Shown here: positions 18,741 through 30,733 of the stretch, in pieces
Position numbering within the stretch: the first letter of the stretch is position 1
Layout of the letters: every line of letters begins with the position of its first letter
Source of the DNA: Obrimoposthia wandeli
Taxonomy: Eukaryota
Reading direction: 5' to 3'
DNA length: 64,000 bases
NCBI GenBank assembly: GCA_977020255.1
Contig: CDROCS010000253.1
Coordinates: forward strand, 124,001-188,000
Notes under the pieces: model-generated
Database searches by the model: none
Told to the model about the DNA's origin: nothing
The model's input: only the letters and a program-made list of their open reading frames with translations
Translations under genes and position numbers: made by a program

Positions 18741-20258
18741 ATGCATTTTTTTAAATTTTCCTTTAAAAAACTACTCATAGTTAATAGCTGTATTTTAAGT
18801 TTTTCTGCGCTAGCTGAACCTTGGATTGATACCTCTGATATCTATTTAAAAGCTAACATTCAGCTGCTTGCTGATACAGGGCATATCATAACGCCGGTCA
18901 CAACCTACCCTTTAATGTGGCAAGATATTATTCGCGATTTGAAAAGAATTGATCAAAGTGATTTAACATCAAATCAACAAAGTGCTTATCATTACATAAA
19001 GCATCAAGCTAAATTATCTAAAAAAAATCAAACTCGCCTTAAAGCACAGGTAGGTAGTGATGATAAACGCTTCTCAAGCTTTGGTGATACGCCTAGCGAC
19101 AAAAACAGCATTAGTGTTCATTCAAGTTTTATGATCGGAAATTTTGCGGCTAAGATAGCGCCAAGCTATACCCATAACCCCGCAGATGGTGACAAAAGTC
19201 GTTTCGATGAAAGTTATGTTGCTGCCTTTATGGGTAACTGGGTACTTTCCCTTGGTCGACAAAATCGCTGGTACGGCCCAACCTGGGATACCAGTTTAAG
19301 CTTAACTAACAATGCTAGACCGATAACGGCATTAACGCTTTCACGTAAGTCTGCTGAACCATTAATCATACCTTTTACTGAATTCGATATTCCCTGGACT
19401 GTTACTAGTTTTATGGGAAAAATGGATGATGAACGCACAATAAAAGATACTTTACTTTGGGGATTTAGACTCAACTTTAAGCCATTTAAAAATTTAGAAG
19501 TTGGTATTACACGTTTAGCACAATGGGGTGGACAAGGACATTCACAAAACTTATCTACTTTTTGGGATGTGCTCATTGGTAGAACTAACTGTGGCATTGA
19601 TGATCTTGTTTGTGATGAAAACAACCCAAACCCAGCTAATCAACAAGCGGGATATGACATACGTTATAGCTTCAATTTATTTAATTTACCCATGAGTTTT
19701 TATGGACAAAAATTTGCTGAAGATGGCAGTGAAGGTACTTTACAGTATGTGACCAAAGCCCAACCTCAAGTAGGCTTTGATATACATTTAAATATTTTCG
19801 ATAAGCCTAGTACTGTTTTTATCGAATTAGCAGACAGTTTAGCCGATTGTGGTGAAAGAGATAAGCTAGGGAATTGTTATTATGAACATTCTACCTATAC
19901 AACAGGTATGCGTTATAATGGACGCACTATTGGCAGCGCTTATGATAACGATGCAAAAACCTATGTACTAGGTGCTATTTCTCAACTTGGCACCAACACC
20001 CGACTAACCACGAAATTACGCTATTTAGATCTTAATTATGACAATAGTGATAAAGCACCTGATAATCCTATCATAGGAAACCCGGTTACTAGTATCGCGG
20101 AACAAGTCTGGATGATATCAGGCAGTGCCCAACATGATTATAGAAATTGGCGCTTTACCTTAGCCGCAGAAATCAGTCGTTCTAGTTTCTCCGGTACTGA
20201 CAATATGAGCAGCAGCACCGACATTAACGGTTCATTCGCAGTTGAATATAACCTATAA
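18741..20258 (+). CDS. wzi: Capsule assembly Wzi family outer-membrane protein
   Basis: Signal peptide AEPW; GRQNRWYGP..D.SL.L.NNARP; NQQAGYD; C-terminal aromatic residues. Confidence 0.88.
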   Translation: MHFFKFSFKKLLIVNSCILSFSALAEPWIDTSDIYLKANIQLLADTGHIITPVTTYPLMWQDIIRDLKRIDQSDLTSNQQSAYHYIKHQAKLSKKNQTRLKAQVGSDDKRFSSFGDTPSDKNSISVHSSFMIGNFAAKIAPSYTHNPADGDKSRFDESYVAAFMGNWVLSLGRQNRWYGPTWDTSLSLTNNARPITALTLSRKSAEPLIIPFTEFDIPWTVTSFMGKMDDERTIKDTLLWGFRLNFKPFKNLEVGITRLAQWGGQGHSQNLSTFWDVLIGRTNCGIDDLVCDENNPNPANQQAGYDIRYSFNLFNLPMSFYGQKFAEDGSEGTLQYVTKAQPQVGFDIHLNIFDKPSTVFIELADSLADCGERDKLGNCYYEHSTYTTGMRYNGRTIGSAYDNDAKTYVLGAISQLGTNTRLTTKLRYLDLNYDNSDKAPDNPIIGNPVTSIAEQVWMISGSAQHDYRNWRFTLAAEISRSSFSGTDNMSSSTDINGSFAVEYNL

Positions 20259-20378
20259 GACTAAAATAGACGATTAAAGCTATTGACACTGGTCAACCAA
20301 GTACGCTATTAATAGTAATATATTGAATAGTTTCAAACTAAAACGCATATTTATTAACAATAATAGAATAATATTACA

Positions 20379-20444
20379 ATGATTAAATTAATTAAGCATA
20401 TTACCAACAACCTCTTACTCGCACTCATCATCATGCGCGGCTAG
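20379..20444 (+). CDS. leuL: leu operon leader peptide MIKLIKHITNNLLLALIIMRG (not in the ORF track)
   Basis: 21 codons with clustered Leu codons CTC TTA CTC GCA CTC, directly upstream of a terminator and leuA. Confidence 0.85.
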   Translation: MIKLIKHITNNLLLALIIMRG

Positions 20445-20530
20445 GTTTTTATTGCTTATTACTTAATTTAAAAGAGATTCAAGTAGAAAGAAATCAAATG
20501 AAACCCGCGCTAATTAACGCGGGTTTTTTT
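20430..20530 (+). promoter_or_regulatory. Transcription attenuator of leuABCD
   Basis: Terminator aaacccgcg-ctaattaa-cgcgggttt-tttt (20501-20530). The alternative pairing GCGCGG (20435-20440) with CCGCGC (20505-20510) forms the antiterminator. Confidence 0.85.
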
Positions 20531-20587
20531 ACGTCTACGCATTAATTAGTTACCAACAAAGATTACCGATTTTAAAGGACAAAAAAC

Positions 20588-22183
20588 ATGAGCACGACAA
20601 ACGCTTCTAGCAATAAAGTGAGCAATGACCAAGTTATAATTTTTGACACCACTTTACGTGATGGTGAACAAGCATTAAATGCCAGCTTATCGGTACATGA
20701 AAAACTTCAAATTGCCTTAGCTATTGAACGTTTAGGGGTAGACGTAATGGAAGTCGGTTTTCCGGTTTCTTCTCCTGGTGATTTTGAATCAGTACAGCAA
20801 ATTGCACGAACAGTTAAAAATGCACGTGTTTGTGGTTTAGCTCGCGCAGTAGAAGCCGATATTGATGCCTGCTACGAAGCATTAAAAGTGGCTGACCAAT
20901 TTCGTATTCATACCTTTATTTCAACCTCTGATGTGCACGTACAACAAAAATTACGTAAAGAATTTAGCGATGTAGAAGCCATGGCAATACATGCGGTAAA
21001 ACATGCACGTAAATATACTGATGATGTTGAATTCTCTTGTGAAGATGCTGGTCGTACACCCATCGATAACTTGTGCCGTATGGTAGAAAGTGCCATTAAA
21101 GCCGGTGCTACAACAGTAAATATTCCTGATACAGTTGGTTATACCATGCCGTTTGAATTCCAAGGCATCATCACTGACTTATTTAATCGTGTACCAAATA
21201 TTGACCAAGCGATTATCTCAGTACATTGTCATAACGATTTAGGTTTAGCCGTTGCAAACTCAATGGCAGCGGTTCAAGCCGGTGCACGTCAAATTGAATG
21301 TACCATTAACGGTATTGGTGAACGTGCGGGTAACTGCTCGTTAGAAGAAGTCGCCATGATCATGCAAACCCGCCAAGCGTTGTTAGGTGTAAAAACCAAT
21401 ATCAATCATCAAGAAATAGCACGCGTATCTAAATTAGTCAGTACTGTCTGTAATATGCCAGTGCAATTAAACAAAGCCATTGTTGGTGGTAACGCTTTTA
21501 GCCATTCATCAGGTATTCATCAAGATGGCATGTTAAAAGCCAGTAATACTTATGAGATCATGACACCTGAAAGTGTCGGTATAGCTAAAACAAAGTTAAA
21601 CCTAACCTCTCGCAGCGGTCGTCATGTCATTAAACACCGTATGGAGAGCTTAGGTTATCAAGAAAGTGATTATGAGATTGAAGAATTATATGCTGACTTT
21701 TTAACGTTAGCGGATAAAAAAGGCCAAGTCTTTGATGATGACCTAGAAGCGTTAGTATTTAAGTTGCAGCAAAAAGATTTACAAGATTTTTTCCAGTTAG
21801 ACACTATCAATGTGCAGTGTGGTGATGGCGAATTTTCTACCGCTAGCATCAAGCTTATCTCTGGTGAAGTAACAGGTGATAAAGATAATATCAAGGTTCA
21901 CGCTGCTACGGGTAACGGCCCGGTTGATGCGCTGTATCAAGCAATTAAGCAAAGTGTTGATATAGAATTTGAAGTCAGTGATTACAAAATTTCTAATAAA
22001 GGCTCAGGTGAAGATGGCTTAGGCCAAGCCGATTTAATAATCATTTGGCAAGGCAGAAATTTTCACGGTTATGGTTTAGAAACCGATGTTATTGAAGCAT
22101 CCGGTCAAGCATTGATTAATGCACTAAACAGCATCCATAGAGCGATGACTATTGCCGATTTAAAATCAGCAAAACTAGCTTAG
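20588..22183 (+). CDS. leuA: 2-isopropylmalate synthase
   Basis: [30 protein letters not shown]-terminal GNGPVDA regulatory domain. Confidence 0.98.
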   Translation: MSTTNASSNKVSNDQVIIFDTTLRDGEQALNASLSVHEKLQIALAIERLGVDVMEVGFPVSSPGDFESVQQIARTVKNARVCGLARAVEADIDACYEALKVADQFRIHTFISTSDVHVQQKLRKEFSDVEAMAIHAVKHARKYTDDVEFSCEDAGRTPIDNLCRMVESAIKAGATTVNIPDTVGYTMPFEFQGIITDLFNRVPNIDQAIISVHCHNDLGLAVANSMAAVQAGARQIECTINGIGERAGNCSLEEVAMIMQTRQALLGVKTNINHQEIARVSKLVSTVCNMPVQLNKAIVGGNAFSHSSGIHQDGMLKASNTYEIMTPESVGIAKTKLNLTSRSGRHVIKHRMESLGYQESDYEIEELYADFLTLADKKGQVFDDDLEALVFKLQQKDLQDFFQLDTINVQCGDGEFSTASIKLISGEVTGDKDNIKVHAATGNGPVDALYQAIKQSVDIEFEVSDYKISNKGSGEDGLGQADLIIIWQGRNFHGYGLETDVIEASGQALINALNSIHRAMTIADLKSAKLA

Positions 22184-22248
22184 TCGCTTTTAAAAAAGAT
22201 AAACATTAGCAGTAGCGGATCAATCGCTCGAAAGTTTCTAAAATATAA

Positions 22249-23364
<1,116 letters not shown>

Positions 23365-23365
23365 G

Positions 23366-24781
23366 ATGACAACTTCTACTCCGCAAACCATGTATGAAAA
23401 ATTATGGCAAACCCATTTAGTTGAAGCAGCAAAAGGGGAAACGCCATTATTGTATGTTGACCGTCACCTAATTCATGAAGTGACCTCACCACAAGCTTTT
23501 GCAAATTTACGTTTTCATAACCGACCAGTACGTCATCCTGAACGTACTATTGCGACCATGGATCATAATATTTCAACGCGTTCAATTAAAATTGATGCCG
23601 CCGGTGAAGGCGCTGCCAACCAGTTACGCGCATTAGCAATAAACTGTAAAGACTTTGGTATCGAGCTTTTTGACATGGGTCATAAAAACCAAGGTATAGC
23701 ACATGTTATTGGGCCTGAACTAGGGTTGACATTACCCGGTACTATTATTGTTTGTGGTGACTCTCATACTGCTACCCATGGCGCTTTTGGTGCCCTTGCT
23801 TTTGGTATTGGTACCTCTGAAGTAGAACATGTTTTTGCGACACAAACTTTACGTCAAAATAAAGCAAAAACAATGAAAATTGAAGTTAAAGGCCATGTCG
23901 GTGCCGGTATTAGTGCCAAAGATATTATCTTAGCCATTATCGGCAAAACAGGTAGTGCTGGTGCAACAGGTTATGTGGTTGAATACTGTGGCGAAGCTAT
24001 CGAAGCGCTAAGTATGGAAGAGCGCATGACTGTTTGTAACATGAGTATAGAGTTTGGCGCAAAAGCGGGTTTAATTGCACCAGATCAAACTACCTTTGAT
24101 TATGTCGAAGGTAAAGAGTACGCACCAAAAGCTGAGATATTTGAGCAAGCAGTCGCTGATTGGAAAAACCTAAAATCTGATACTGATGCAACATTTGATG
24201 CAGTATTAACACTTGAAGCAACAGATATTAAAGCGCAAGTTACTTGGGGTACCAACCCAGGGCAAGTTATCAGTGTCGACGGTATAGTGCCTTCTCCAGA
24301 AGACTTTAGTGACCCAGTTGAGAAAGAGTCTTGCGTTAATGCCCTTAACTATATGGGCTTAACGGCAGGCACCAAGATGACTGATATTCATGTGAATAAG
24401 GTATTTATTGGTTCTTGTACTAACTCACGTATTGAAGATTTACGCGCCGCTGCCGGTGTTGTTCAGAAATATGAAGGTCAGCAAGTAGTCAAAACTATTG
24501 ATGCCATCATAGTTCCAGGTTCATATCGCGTTAAAGAGCAGGCTGAAAGTGAAGGTTTAGATAAAATATTCACCGATGCAGGTTTTGAATGGCGCTTACC
24601 TGGTTGCTCAATGTGTTTGGGCATGAATGACGATGTCCTCGAAGAAGGTGACCGTTGTGCATCAACGAGTAACCGTAACTTTGAAGGTCGTCAAGGCCGT
24701 GGTAGTCGTACTCATTTAGTTAGCCCTGAAATGGCAGCCGCAGCTGCTATCACTGGTCATTTTGTTGATTTAAATGCGTAA
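23366..24781 (+). CDS. leuC: 3-isopropylmalate dehydratase large subunit
   Basis: [39 protein letters not shown]; start ATG 23366 just after the leuB stop. Confidence 0.98.
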   Translation: MTTSTPQTMYEKLWQTHLVEAAKGETPLLYVDRHLIHEVTSPQAFANLRFHNRPVRHPERTIATMDHNISTRSIKIDAAGEGAANQLRALAINCKDFGIELFDMGHKNQGIAHVIGPELGLTLPGTIIVCGDSHTATHGAFGALAFGIGTSEVEHVFATQTLRQNKAKTMKIEVKGHVGAGISAKDIILAIIGKTGSAGATGYVVEYCGEAIEALSMEERMTVCNMSIEFGAKAGLIAPDQTTFDYVEGKEYAPKAEIFEQAVADWKNLKSDTDATFDAVLTLEATDIKAQVTWGTNPGQVISVDGIVPSPEDFSDPVEKESCVNALNYMGLTAGTKMTDIHVNKVFIGSCTNSRIEDLRAAAGVVQKYEGQQVVKTIDAIIVPGSYRVKEQAESEGLDKIFTDAGFEWRLPGCSMCLGMNDDVLEEGDRCASTSNRNFEGRQGRGSRTHLVSPEMAAAAAITGHFVDLNA

Positions 24782-24784
24782 CGA

Positions 24785-24889
24785 TTATCTTTTTGCTATT
24801 TAAAGCAATTAAGGTGTCACTAGTACTCATTGACTAGCGTCAACTCCGTGCTATTTCCTGTTAATTACATGAAATAGCTTCAAGAGAAA
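24785..24889. repeat. Degenerate ~105-bp short repeat (family B) between leuC and leuD
   Basis: agtactcattgactagcgtcaactccgtgc aligns with the revcomp of 35761-35866 (agtgctcattgacatgcgtcaactccgcgc), and the flanks align weakly. Confidence 0.7.
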
Positions 24890-24918
24890 TCGCTACTAAG
24901 AATTTTTAGGAAGAGAAA

Positions 24919-25515
24919 ATGGAAAAATTTAACACACATACAGGTTTGGTTGTGCCATTAGATGTTGCAAACGTCGATACGGATCAAATCATCCCTAAGC
25001 AGTTTTTACAAAAAACTGAACGCGTAGGCTTTGGCGTGCATTTATTTCATGATAGCCGTTACTTAGATCATGCTGGTACGAAAGTGAATCCTGACTTTGT
25101 TATCAATAAGCCAGAATATAAAGGTGCTAGCATCTTATTAGCGGGTGAAAACTTTGGTTGTGGTTCAAGTCGTGAACATGCACCTTGGGCACTGCAAGAA
25201 TATGGCTTTAAAGTCATAATCGCATCAAGTTTTGCTGATATTTTTTACGGTAACTGTATCAATGTTGGTCTTTTACCCATTAAATTAAGTGAAGCTGAAG
25301 TGGAACAGTTATTCAAACTAGCTCCTAATGCTCAATTAACACTTACCGTTGATTTACCGAATAATACTGTTACTTGTGGCGAGCTATCATTTAAGTTTAG
25401 CTTAAATGAGTTTCAACAATATAGCTTAGAGAATGGTGTTGATAGTGTCGGTTGGACTTTAGATAAGCTTGATACCATCAAAGCCTTTGAAGAAAGAATG
25501 CCTGCTTGGCAGTAA
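24919..25515 (+). CDS. leuD: 3-isopropylmalate dehydratase small subunit
   Basis: [29 protein letters not shown]. Confidence 0.98.
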   Translation: MEKFNTHTGLVVPLDVANVDTDQIIPKQFLQKTERVGFGVHLFHDSRYLDHAGTKVNPDFVINKPEYKGASILLAGENFGCGSSREHAPWALQEYGFKVIIASSFADIFYGNCINVGLLPIKLSEAEVEQLFKLAPNAQLTLTVDLPNNTVTCGELSFKFSLNEFQQYSLENGVDSVGWTLDKLDTIKAFEERMPAWQ

Positions 25516-25530
25516 AGTTAATCTCTGAAC

Positions 25531-25568
25531 GGTAAGTATTAATAATGTACATTTAGTACTTACCTTTT
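25531..25568 (+). terminator. Intrinsic terminator after leuD
   Basis: ggtaagtattaa...ttagtacttacc-tttt. Confidence 0.6.
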
Positions 25569-25647
25569 ATCCTATAATGAGCATTATTATCACAACGCTA
25601 ATTGAATATATAACCGCTAAAAAGTAAAAAACATAACAAAATCATCA

Positions 25648-25752
25648 TGTCAGCTTCCTTTACATTTCTTTAAAAATAAATTTACTTCCTCACCATAAAA
25701 AAAATAAACACATGAAAAATAAAGACTTTAAAATATTGGTCTGTTTTTTGCT
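25648..25752 (+). promoter_or_regulatory. sigma54 (-24/-12) promoter with an upstream TGT-N11-ACA enhancer-like site
   Basis: TGGTCTGTTTTTTGCT with GG at 25738-39 and GC at 25750-51 (GG-N10-GC); TGTCAGCTTCCTTTACA at 25648-25664. Confidence 0.6.
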
Positions 25753-25827
25753 TAAGCGATGATTCTAAATTGATTTGTTTAATTAATAACAATCAAACAA
25801 TACACTTATTAAAGGATTAAAAATTTC

Positions 25828-26577
25828 ATGTTAAAGAAAATTTTTCAAACAACTCTTTGTTTAGCTGCTTTCTCTACTTTTAGCGCCAATGCTAACTTAA
25901 TGGTTGATGTTGAATTACAACTATTAACAGATGTTTCAGGCAGTGTGAGCAGCACTGAATATAACTTACAACGTCAAGGTTACATTAACGCATTTCGCAG
26001 CAGTGAAGTTATTGACAGCATTTTAGCTGGTAATAATGGTAGCATTGCAGTGCAATATATTGAATGGTCAGGTAGTAGTGATCAAAATACTCAAGTTGAT
26101 TGGTTTTTAATTGATAGCATCGCATCAGCTAATGCTTTTTCAGATACTATAGCAGGTATCACAAGAGCTTTTACTGGCGGTACAGGTATTGCTGCTGCAA
26201 TCAACTATGGTGCTGGCTTATTCTCAACAAATGCTTTTGACTCTGCTCGTCAAGTAATTGATGTTTCTGGCGATGGTAAAGAAAACCGTGGTGGTGATGT
26301 TAGTGCTGCTCGTGATGCTGCCCTAGCTGGTGAAGTTGATACTATTAATGGTATTACTATTGGTAATGCTAGCGGTTTATCTGCTCATTATCTTGATAAT
26401 GTTATTGGTGGTAAAGATGCTTTTCATCTTCATGCAACTACTTTTGGAACATTCAGTGCTGGTATTCAACAAAAATTAAAACGTGAAATTACCTCTCCAA
26501 TTCCAGAGCCTAGTTCAATTGCTTTAATGGGTTTAGCTATTATTGGTTTATTTGGCGCTAGCCGTAAGCGCGCATAA
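25828..26577 (+). CDS. vWA-like (DUF1194) protein with a PEP-CTERM sorting signal
   Basis: Signal peptide; MIDAS DVSGS...GGT...DVSGDG; C-terminal IPEPSSIALMGLAIIGLFGASRKRA. Confidence 0.9.
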   Translation: MLKKIFQTTLCLAAFSTFSANANLMVDVELQLLTDVSGSVSSTEYNLQRQGYINAFRSSEVIDSILAGNNGSIAVQYIEWSGSSDQNTQVDWFLIDSIASANAFSDTIAGITRAFTGGTGIAAAINYGAGLFSTNAFDSARQVIDVSGDGKENRGGDVSAARDAALAGEVDTINGITIGNASGLSAHYLDNVIGGKDAFHLHATTFGTFSAGIQQKLKREITSPIPEPSSIALMGLAIIGLFGASRKRA

Positions 26578-26622
26578 ATTGATTTGTTAGCATAACCAAC
26601 GTTATGTTCGCTACTCAATTAT

Positions 26623-26658
26623 AAAAGGCAATAACTCACGATAGTTATTGCCTTTTTT
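26623..26658. terminator. Bidirectional terminator between the PEP-CTERM gene and the exeA-exeB fusion
   Basis: aaaaggcaataact-cacgat-agttattgcctttttt. Confidence 0.8.
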
Positions 26659-26694
26659 ATTGGCTAAAATAATTTAATCAGCTTAATAATTTAC

Positions 26695-28398
26695 TTACCA
26701 ATTAGTTAACGCTGGCAAGCTAAAGACTTGCCCTCGATAACTTAAAATCACTTGCTGCGGTAATATTTTACTGACTTGTAGATCTGCTGTAATCATATCT
26801 CCTTCATACCTATCTCGACCATTAACATTTACCCAACCGTGACCGTCAGATGCATATATATGCTGTTCAAATTTCAAACTTGGTAAGGCATTTTGTAGTT
26901 GTTGTGGCATTTTAGTGAGTGGTCTAATAGTAACCTCTTCATTAGCATTGAAAGAGGGCTGATAAGTATTACTACTACTTTCAAAACGAGAATCGGTTGG
27001 CTGACTACTCGATGTGTCTGCTACGCTAGTTTCATCTATTGCGGCTTGAAAACGAGCCAATAAATCACTAGAAACCCCCTCAACATCAGTAACCTTATAA
27101 TTAATATTCGTTTTTTGTTCATGAGAAAAATTATTTTTTTCACTACTTACCAACAACATTTTATCATTGATAGGTACGTTAATTTTATTTTCAACTGTCA
27201 GTAAATGATCTGATTTACGCTCGTCTTCGACCTTGCTCAATTTTTTACCCTTAACAGACATCATATTTCTAGAAGAATCATCTATGTTAGCCTTAGCGGT
27301 ATCATTATTGGTCATGGTGTCGATTCTAGTTTGCTCTAATTTAGCCTTATCATCTAACAGTAGCTCTTTAGCACTATTAACTAAGGCCACCTTTGCCAAC
27401 TCAGTATTACTTAGTTTTTCTTCAGTACTGATTACACGCTCTTGGCTACCAGTTACCGAAACGTTCTTATCATTAAGGGATGTCTGTCCCCACCAAAATC
27501 CTGCTAAAGCAAAAAAGGCAGCAATACTTAATGCCGTTGAAAATATCAAAGCACCGTTATAATTAACTCGACTTTTTTTACTGGTTAAATCTTCTCCTAA
27601 TGCACGCTCTGCCGCCGCAATAACTGTCTTTTTATTAACAACACTATCATTTTGGTTATACGACAGCATCAATGCGCTATGACAGAGTAAGTTAGTTAAC
27701 CTTGGTACACCTTGAGATAACTGATGTATTTTATTTAACGCACCTTTATCAAAAAGTGACCTTGCACAATCTGCAACCGTTAAACGGTGTTGAATATATT
27801 GGTTTAGCTCTTGTTTTGTTAACGGCATTAAATGATATCTAGCCGTTATACGTTGTGCTAATTGACGTAAATCACGACGTTGCAATAATTGCTGTAATTC
27901 TGGCTGACCAATTAAAATGACCTGTAATAACTTTTTAGTATTAGTTTCTAAATTAGTAAGCAAGCGTAATTGCTCTAATGCTTCAGGCTGTAAATGCTGG
28001 GCTTCATCGATAATCAATAGTGTATTGATATCATTTGCATGGTTTTTAAGTAGCTTTTCTGCAATTTTGTCGGTTAGAATTTTTAAACTAGCATCTGTTT
28101 TTCGATAACGAATTTTTAATTCATCACACAGGGTCGCTAAAAGCTCTTTACTAGAAAGCGTCGGGTTAAGAATAAAAGCAGCTTGAGTGTTGTCTGGTAA
28201 CTGTTGCATTAAACAACGACTTATTGTTGTTTTTCCTGTTCCTACTTCGCCTGTTAATAAGGCAAAACCGCCTACCTCACCTAAGCCATAAGTCAAGTGT
28301 GTCAGCGCTTCCCTATGCCGCTCACTCATAAACAAATATTTAGGATCAGGAGAAATTGAAAAAGGTAATTCACTTAATGAGAAAAAGTTGCGATACAT
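26695..28398 (-). CDS. exeA: ExeA/GspA-type AAA ATPase fused to an ExeB/GspB C-terminal domain
   Basis: MYRNFFSLSELPFSISPDPKYLF..ERHREAL, Walker A GEVGTGKT, Walker B LIIDEAQHL, one TM, then VSSDLLARF...LKFEQHIYAS...WVNVNG...EGD (GspB-like). Likely start 28398. Confidence 0.85.
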   Translation of the reverse strand: MYRNFFSLSELPFSISPDPKYLFMSERHREALTHLTYGLGEVGGFALLTGEVGTGKTTISRCLMQQLPDNTQAAFILNPTLSSKELLATLCDELKIRYRKTDASLKILTDKIAEKLLKNHANDINTLLIIDEAQHLQPEALEQLRLLTNLETNTKKLLQVILIGQPELQQLLQRRDLRQLAQRITARYHLMPLTKQELNQYIQHRLTVADCARSLFDKGALNKIHQLSQGVPRLTNLLCHSALMLSYNQNDSVVNKKTVIAAAERALGEDLTSKKSRVNYNGALIFSTALSIAAFFALAGFWWGQTSLNDKNVSVTGSQERVISTEEKLSNTELAKVALVNSAKELLLDDKAKLEQTRIDTMTNNDTAKANIDDSSRNMMSVKGKKLSKVEDERKSDHLLTVENKINVPINDKMLLVSSEKNNFSHEQKTNINYKVTDVEGVSSDLLARFQAAIDETSVADTSSSQPTDSRFESSSNTYQPSFNANEEVTIRPLTKMPQQLQNALPSLKFEQHIYASDGHGWVNVNGRDRYEGDMITADLQVSKILPQQVILSYRGQVFSLPALTNW

Positions 28399-28504
28399 AA
28401 CGGGTGCTGGACAAGAAAAGTAAGGTACAAAATTAACTGCTTGTTTAGTGGATGTCAAAGAGTTAACTAAATTTAGAGCTATTGCGTAACATTTAATTGC
28501 AAAC

Positions 28505-28523
28505 AATAACAATTATCATTAAG
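28505..28523. promoter_or_regulatory. Fur box
   Basis: Revcomp CTTAATGATAATTGTTATT matches 14/19 of GATAATGATAATCATTATC and lies 45 bp upstream of the TonB-dependent receptor. Confidence 0.7.
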
Positions 28524-28567
28524 ATGTGACCGATTAATTACTTACTTAAGATACTTAGAAGGAAACT

Positions 28568-30733
28568 ATGGTGCTCAAAACATCTATTACTCTATTGGCA
28601 CTTATTATCAGCAGCCAAGTACACAGCCAAGCAGTCCAATCAGAAGAAAAACAAGCTCAACAAAAATATAACGAACAAGATATTGAGCGAATTATCGTCA
28701 CCGGTAGTCGTATTGCAGAAAGCATAGATGAAGTACCAGCATCAATAACTGTAATCACTCAAAAACAAATTGCAGCACAGTTAAAAGTTTCCTCAGAAAT
28801 TCAAAGCTTATTGTCAAATCTTGTTCCTGGCATGGCGCCTAGTACTGGCACCTCAAGTAATTCAGGACAAACTCTACGAGGTCGTTCACCCCTAGTTATG
28901 ATTGACGGCGTACCGCAATCAACACCATTACGTAATGGCTCATTAGGTATTAGAACACTCGACGCCAGTGTTATTGAGCGCATTGAAATAATCAAAGGTG
29001 CAACCTCTATTTATGGTAATGGTGCTGCAGGCGGCATCATTAATTACATCACTAAAAAAGCCAATAGTGATAAAGCGCTAAGCGGTCATGCAAGTATTTC
29101 AAGTCGTTTTAGTGCAATAGAAACAGAAGACTCAATCGGCCAGCGCTATGAAGGAGGCATTAACGGCGAAGTAAATAATTTCAATTATGTATTCAATGCC
29201 AGTTACGAAAAAAATGGCTTACAGCGAGATGCTGACGGCGATATTTTAGGTTTAAAATACGGACTATCTGATGCGGTAATGCAAGATTACTTTGCCAAGG
29301 TGGGTTATCACTTTGATGATGAAAAGTCATTACAGTTCACTTATAACTACTACCAATCAAAGCAAGATGTCGATTTAATCGATCAAGTTGGTAATATTAA
29401 TAGCGGTGAAAAAACCCAAGCAATACCCGTTCCCAAAGGTAAGTCAGTCTTAGGTGAGCCACAAGGTCCAACTAATCATAATATGATGCTTAAATACGTT
29501 GATGATGAAGTTTTTGAGCAAACACAATTGATGGTCGATATTTACAGCCAAGAAGTAGAAAATATTTTCTTTTATTCGCCTACATTGGCTAACCCAGATG
29601 CTGGCTATTCTGGCGGGCAATCATTAATAAGCTCAGAAAAAAAGGGTCTACGAGTAACGTTCAATACACTGGTTGATTTCAGTTTTGATAATGGTGACTC
29701 ACTTGAGACCACCTTCATTTATGGTATCGATGCGCTCAATGATGTGACGTCTCAACCTATGGTAGATGGTAGAGTTTGGGTCCCTGAAATGGACATGGAG
29801 AACCTTGCCGGATTCTTGCAAACCAAATTAATTTATAATGATGACCTTGTTATTAAGTTAGGTGTCAGACAAGAAGATATTGATTTAACGGTAAATGATT
29901 ACAGTACGCTCAAGTTATGTAAAAAAGTTGGCCAATGCTCTGTAGCTGTTGATGTCACTGGTGACACCTTAAACTATAAAGCGACGACCTATAATATCGG
30001 CATAAAATATAATGCGCTGCCACTTTTTAGTCCTTTTGTCAGCTACTCTCAAGGGGCCGATATTTCTGATACAGGACGCCTATTACGTACTGCAACAGTA
30101 ACCGATATTGCACTTATTCATACCCAAGCTTCGGTAATTGATAATTATGAATTAGGTTTTAGTTCTGATTTCGAACAAGTGCATTTTGAGTTTGCCACCT
30201 ATTTTAGTACTTCTGAATTCGGTACCACCAATAAGTTTGATAAAACTACCGGTGTTTATAAACCCATTCGCGCACCACAAGAAATCTACGGTTATGAAGC
30301 GTTAATCAATTATGAAATCAACGACGCTTGGGCAGTAAATGCTACGTATAGCTGGGTTGAAGGTAAAAATACTCAAGCCGATGTTTATTTAGGGGCAAAG
30401 CAAATCAGCCCTGCTAAGGCGACAGTAAATGTAAACTGGAACCCTAATAGTGATATCAGTGTAGCGCTTAATTATTTGTATGTTGGCGATCGTAAACGCT
30501 TTGAACCCGTTGACGGTAAGTATGTTGGCGATCAAGGTCCTATCGATAGCTATCAAATTGTCAATTTAAGCGGTAATTATGATTTTGCTACCGATTGGTC
30601 AGCATTTATCGGGATTGAAAACTTATTTAATCAAGATTACTACCCAACAAAATCACAAGGTTATACCTACGGTGGTTACAACATCAAAGGTTTAGGCGCT
30701 ACGGTTAATATGGGCGTTAATTATCAATTCTAG
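28568..30733 (+). CDS. TonB-dependent receptor, ferric-siderophore (IutA-like) type
   Basis: TonB box ERIIVTG; plug motifs LRGR..LVMIDGVPQ and IERIEIIKGATSIYG.GAAGGIIN; ENLFN; C-terminal Phe. Confidence 0.92.
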   Translation: MVLKTSITLLALIISSQVHSQAVQSEEKQAQQKYNEQDIERIIVTGSRIAESIDEVPASITVITQKQIAAQLKVSSEIQSLLSNLVPGMAPSTGTSSNSGQTLRGRSPLVMIDGVPQSTPLRNGSLGIRTLDASVIERIEIIKGATSIYGNGAAGGIINYITKKANSDKALSGHASISSRFSAIETEDSIGQRYEGGINGEVNNFNYVFNASYEKNGLQRDADGDILGLKYGLSDAVMQDYFAKVGYHFDDEKSLQFTYNYYQSKQDVDLIDQVGNINSGEKTQAIPVPKGKSVLGEPQGPTNHNMMLKYVDDEVFEQTQLMVDIYSQEVENIFFYSPTLANPDAGYSGGQSLISSEKKGLRVTFNTLVDFSFDNGDSLETTFIYGIDALNDVTSQPMVDGRVWVPEMDMENLAGFLQTKLIYNDDLVIKLGVRQEDIDLTVNDYSTLKLCKKVGQCSVAVDVTGDTLNYKATTYNIGIKYNALPLFSPFVSYSQGADISDTGRLLRTATVTDIALIHTQASVIDNYELGFSSDFEQVHFEFATYFSTSEFGTTNKFDKTTGVYKPIRAPQEIYGYEALINYEINDAWAVNATYSWVEGKNTQADVYLGAKQISPAKATVNVNWNPNSDISVALNYLYVGDRKRFEPVDGKYVGDQGPIDSYQIVNLSGNYDFATDWSAFIGIENLFNQDYYPTKSQGYTYGGYNIKGLGATVNMGVNYQF

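Noticed and set aside
24829-24843. TTGAC-TAGC-GTCAA as an FNR site controlling leuD
   Set aside because: It is the core of the family-B repeat inside a biosynthetic operon; there is no promoter context.
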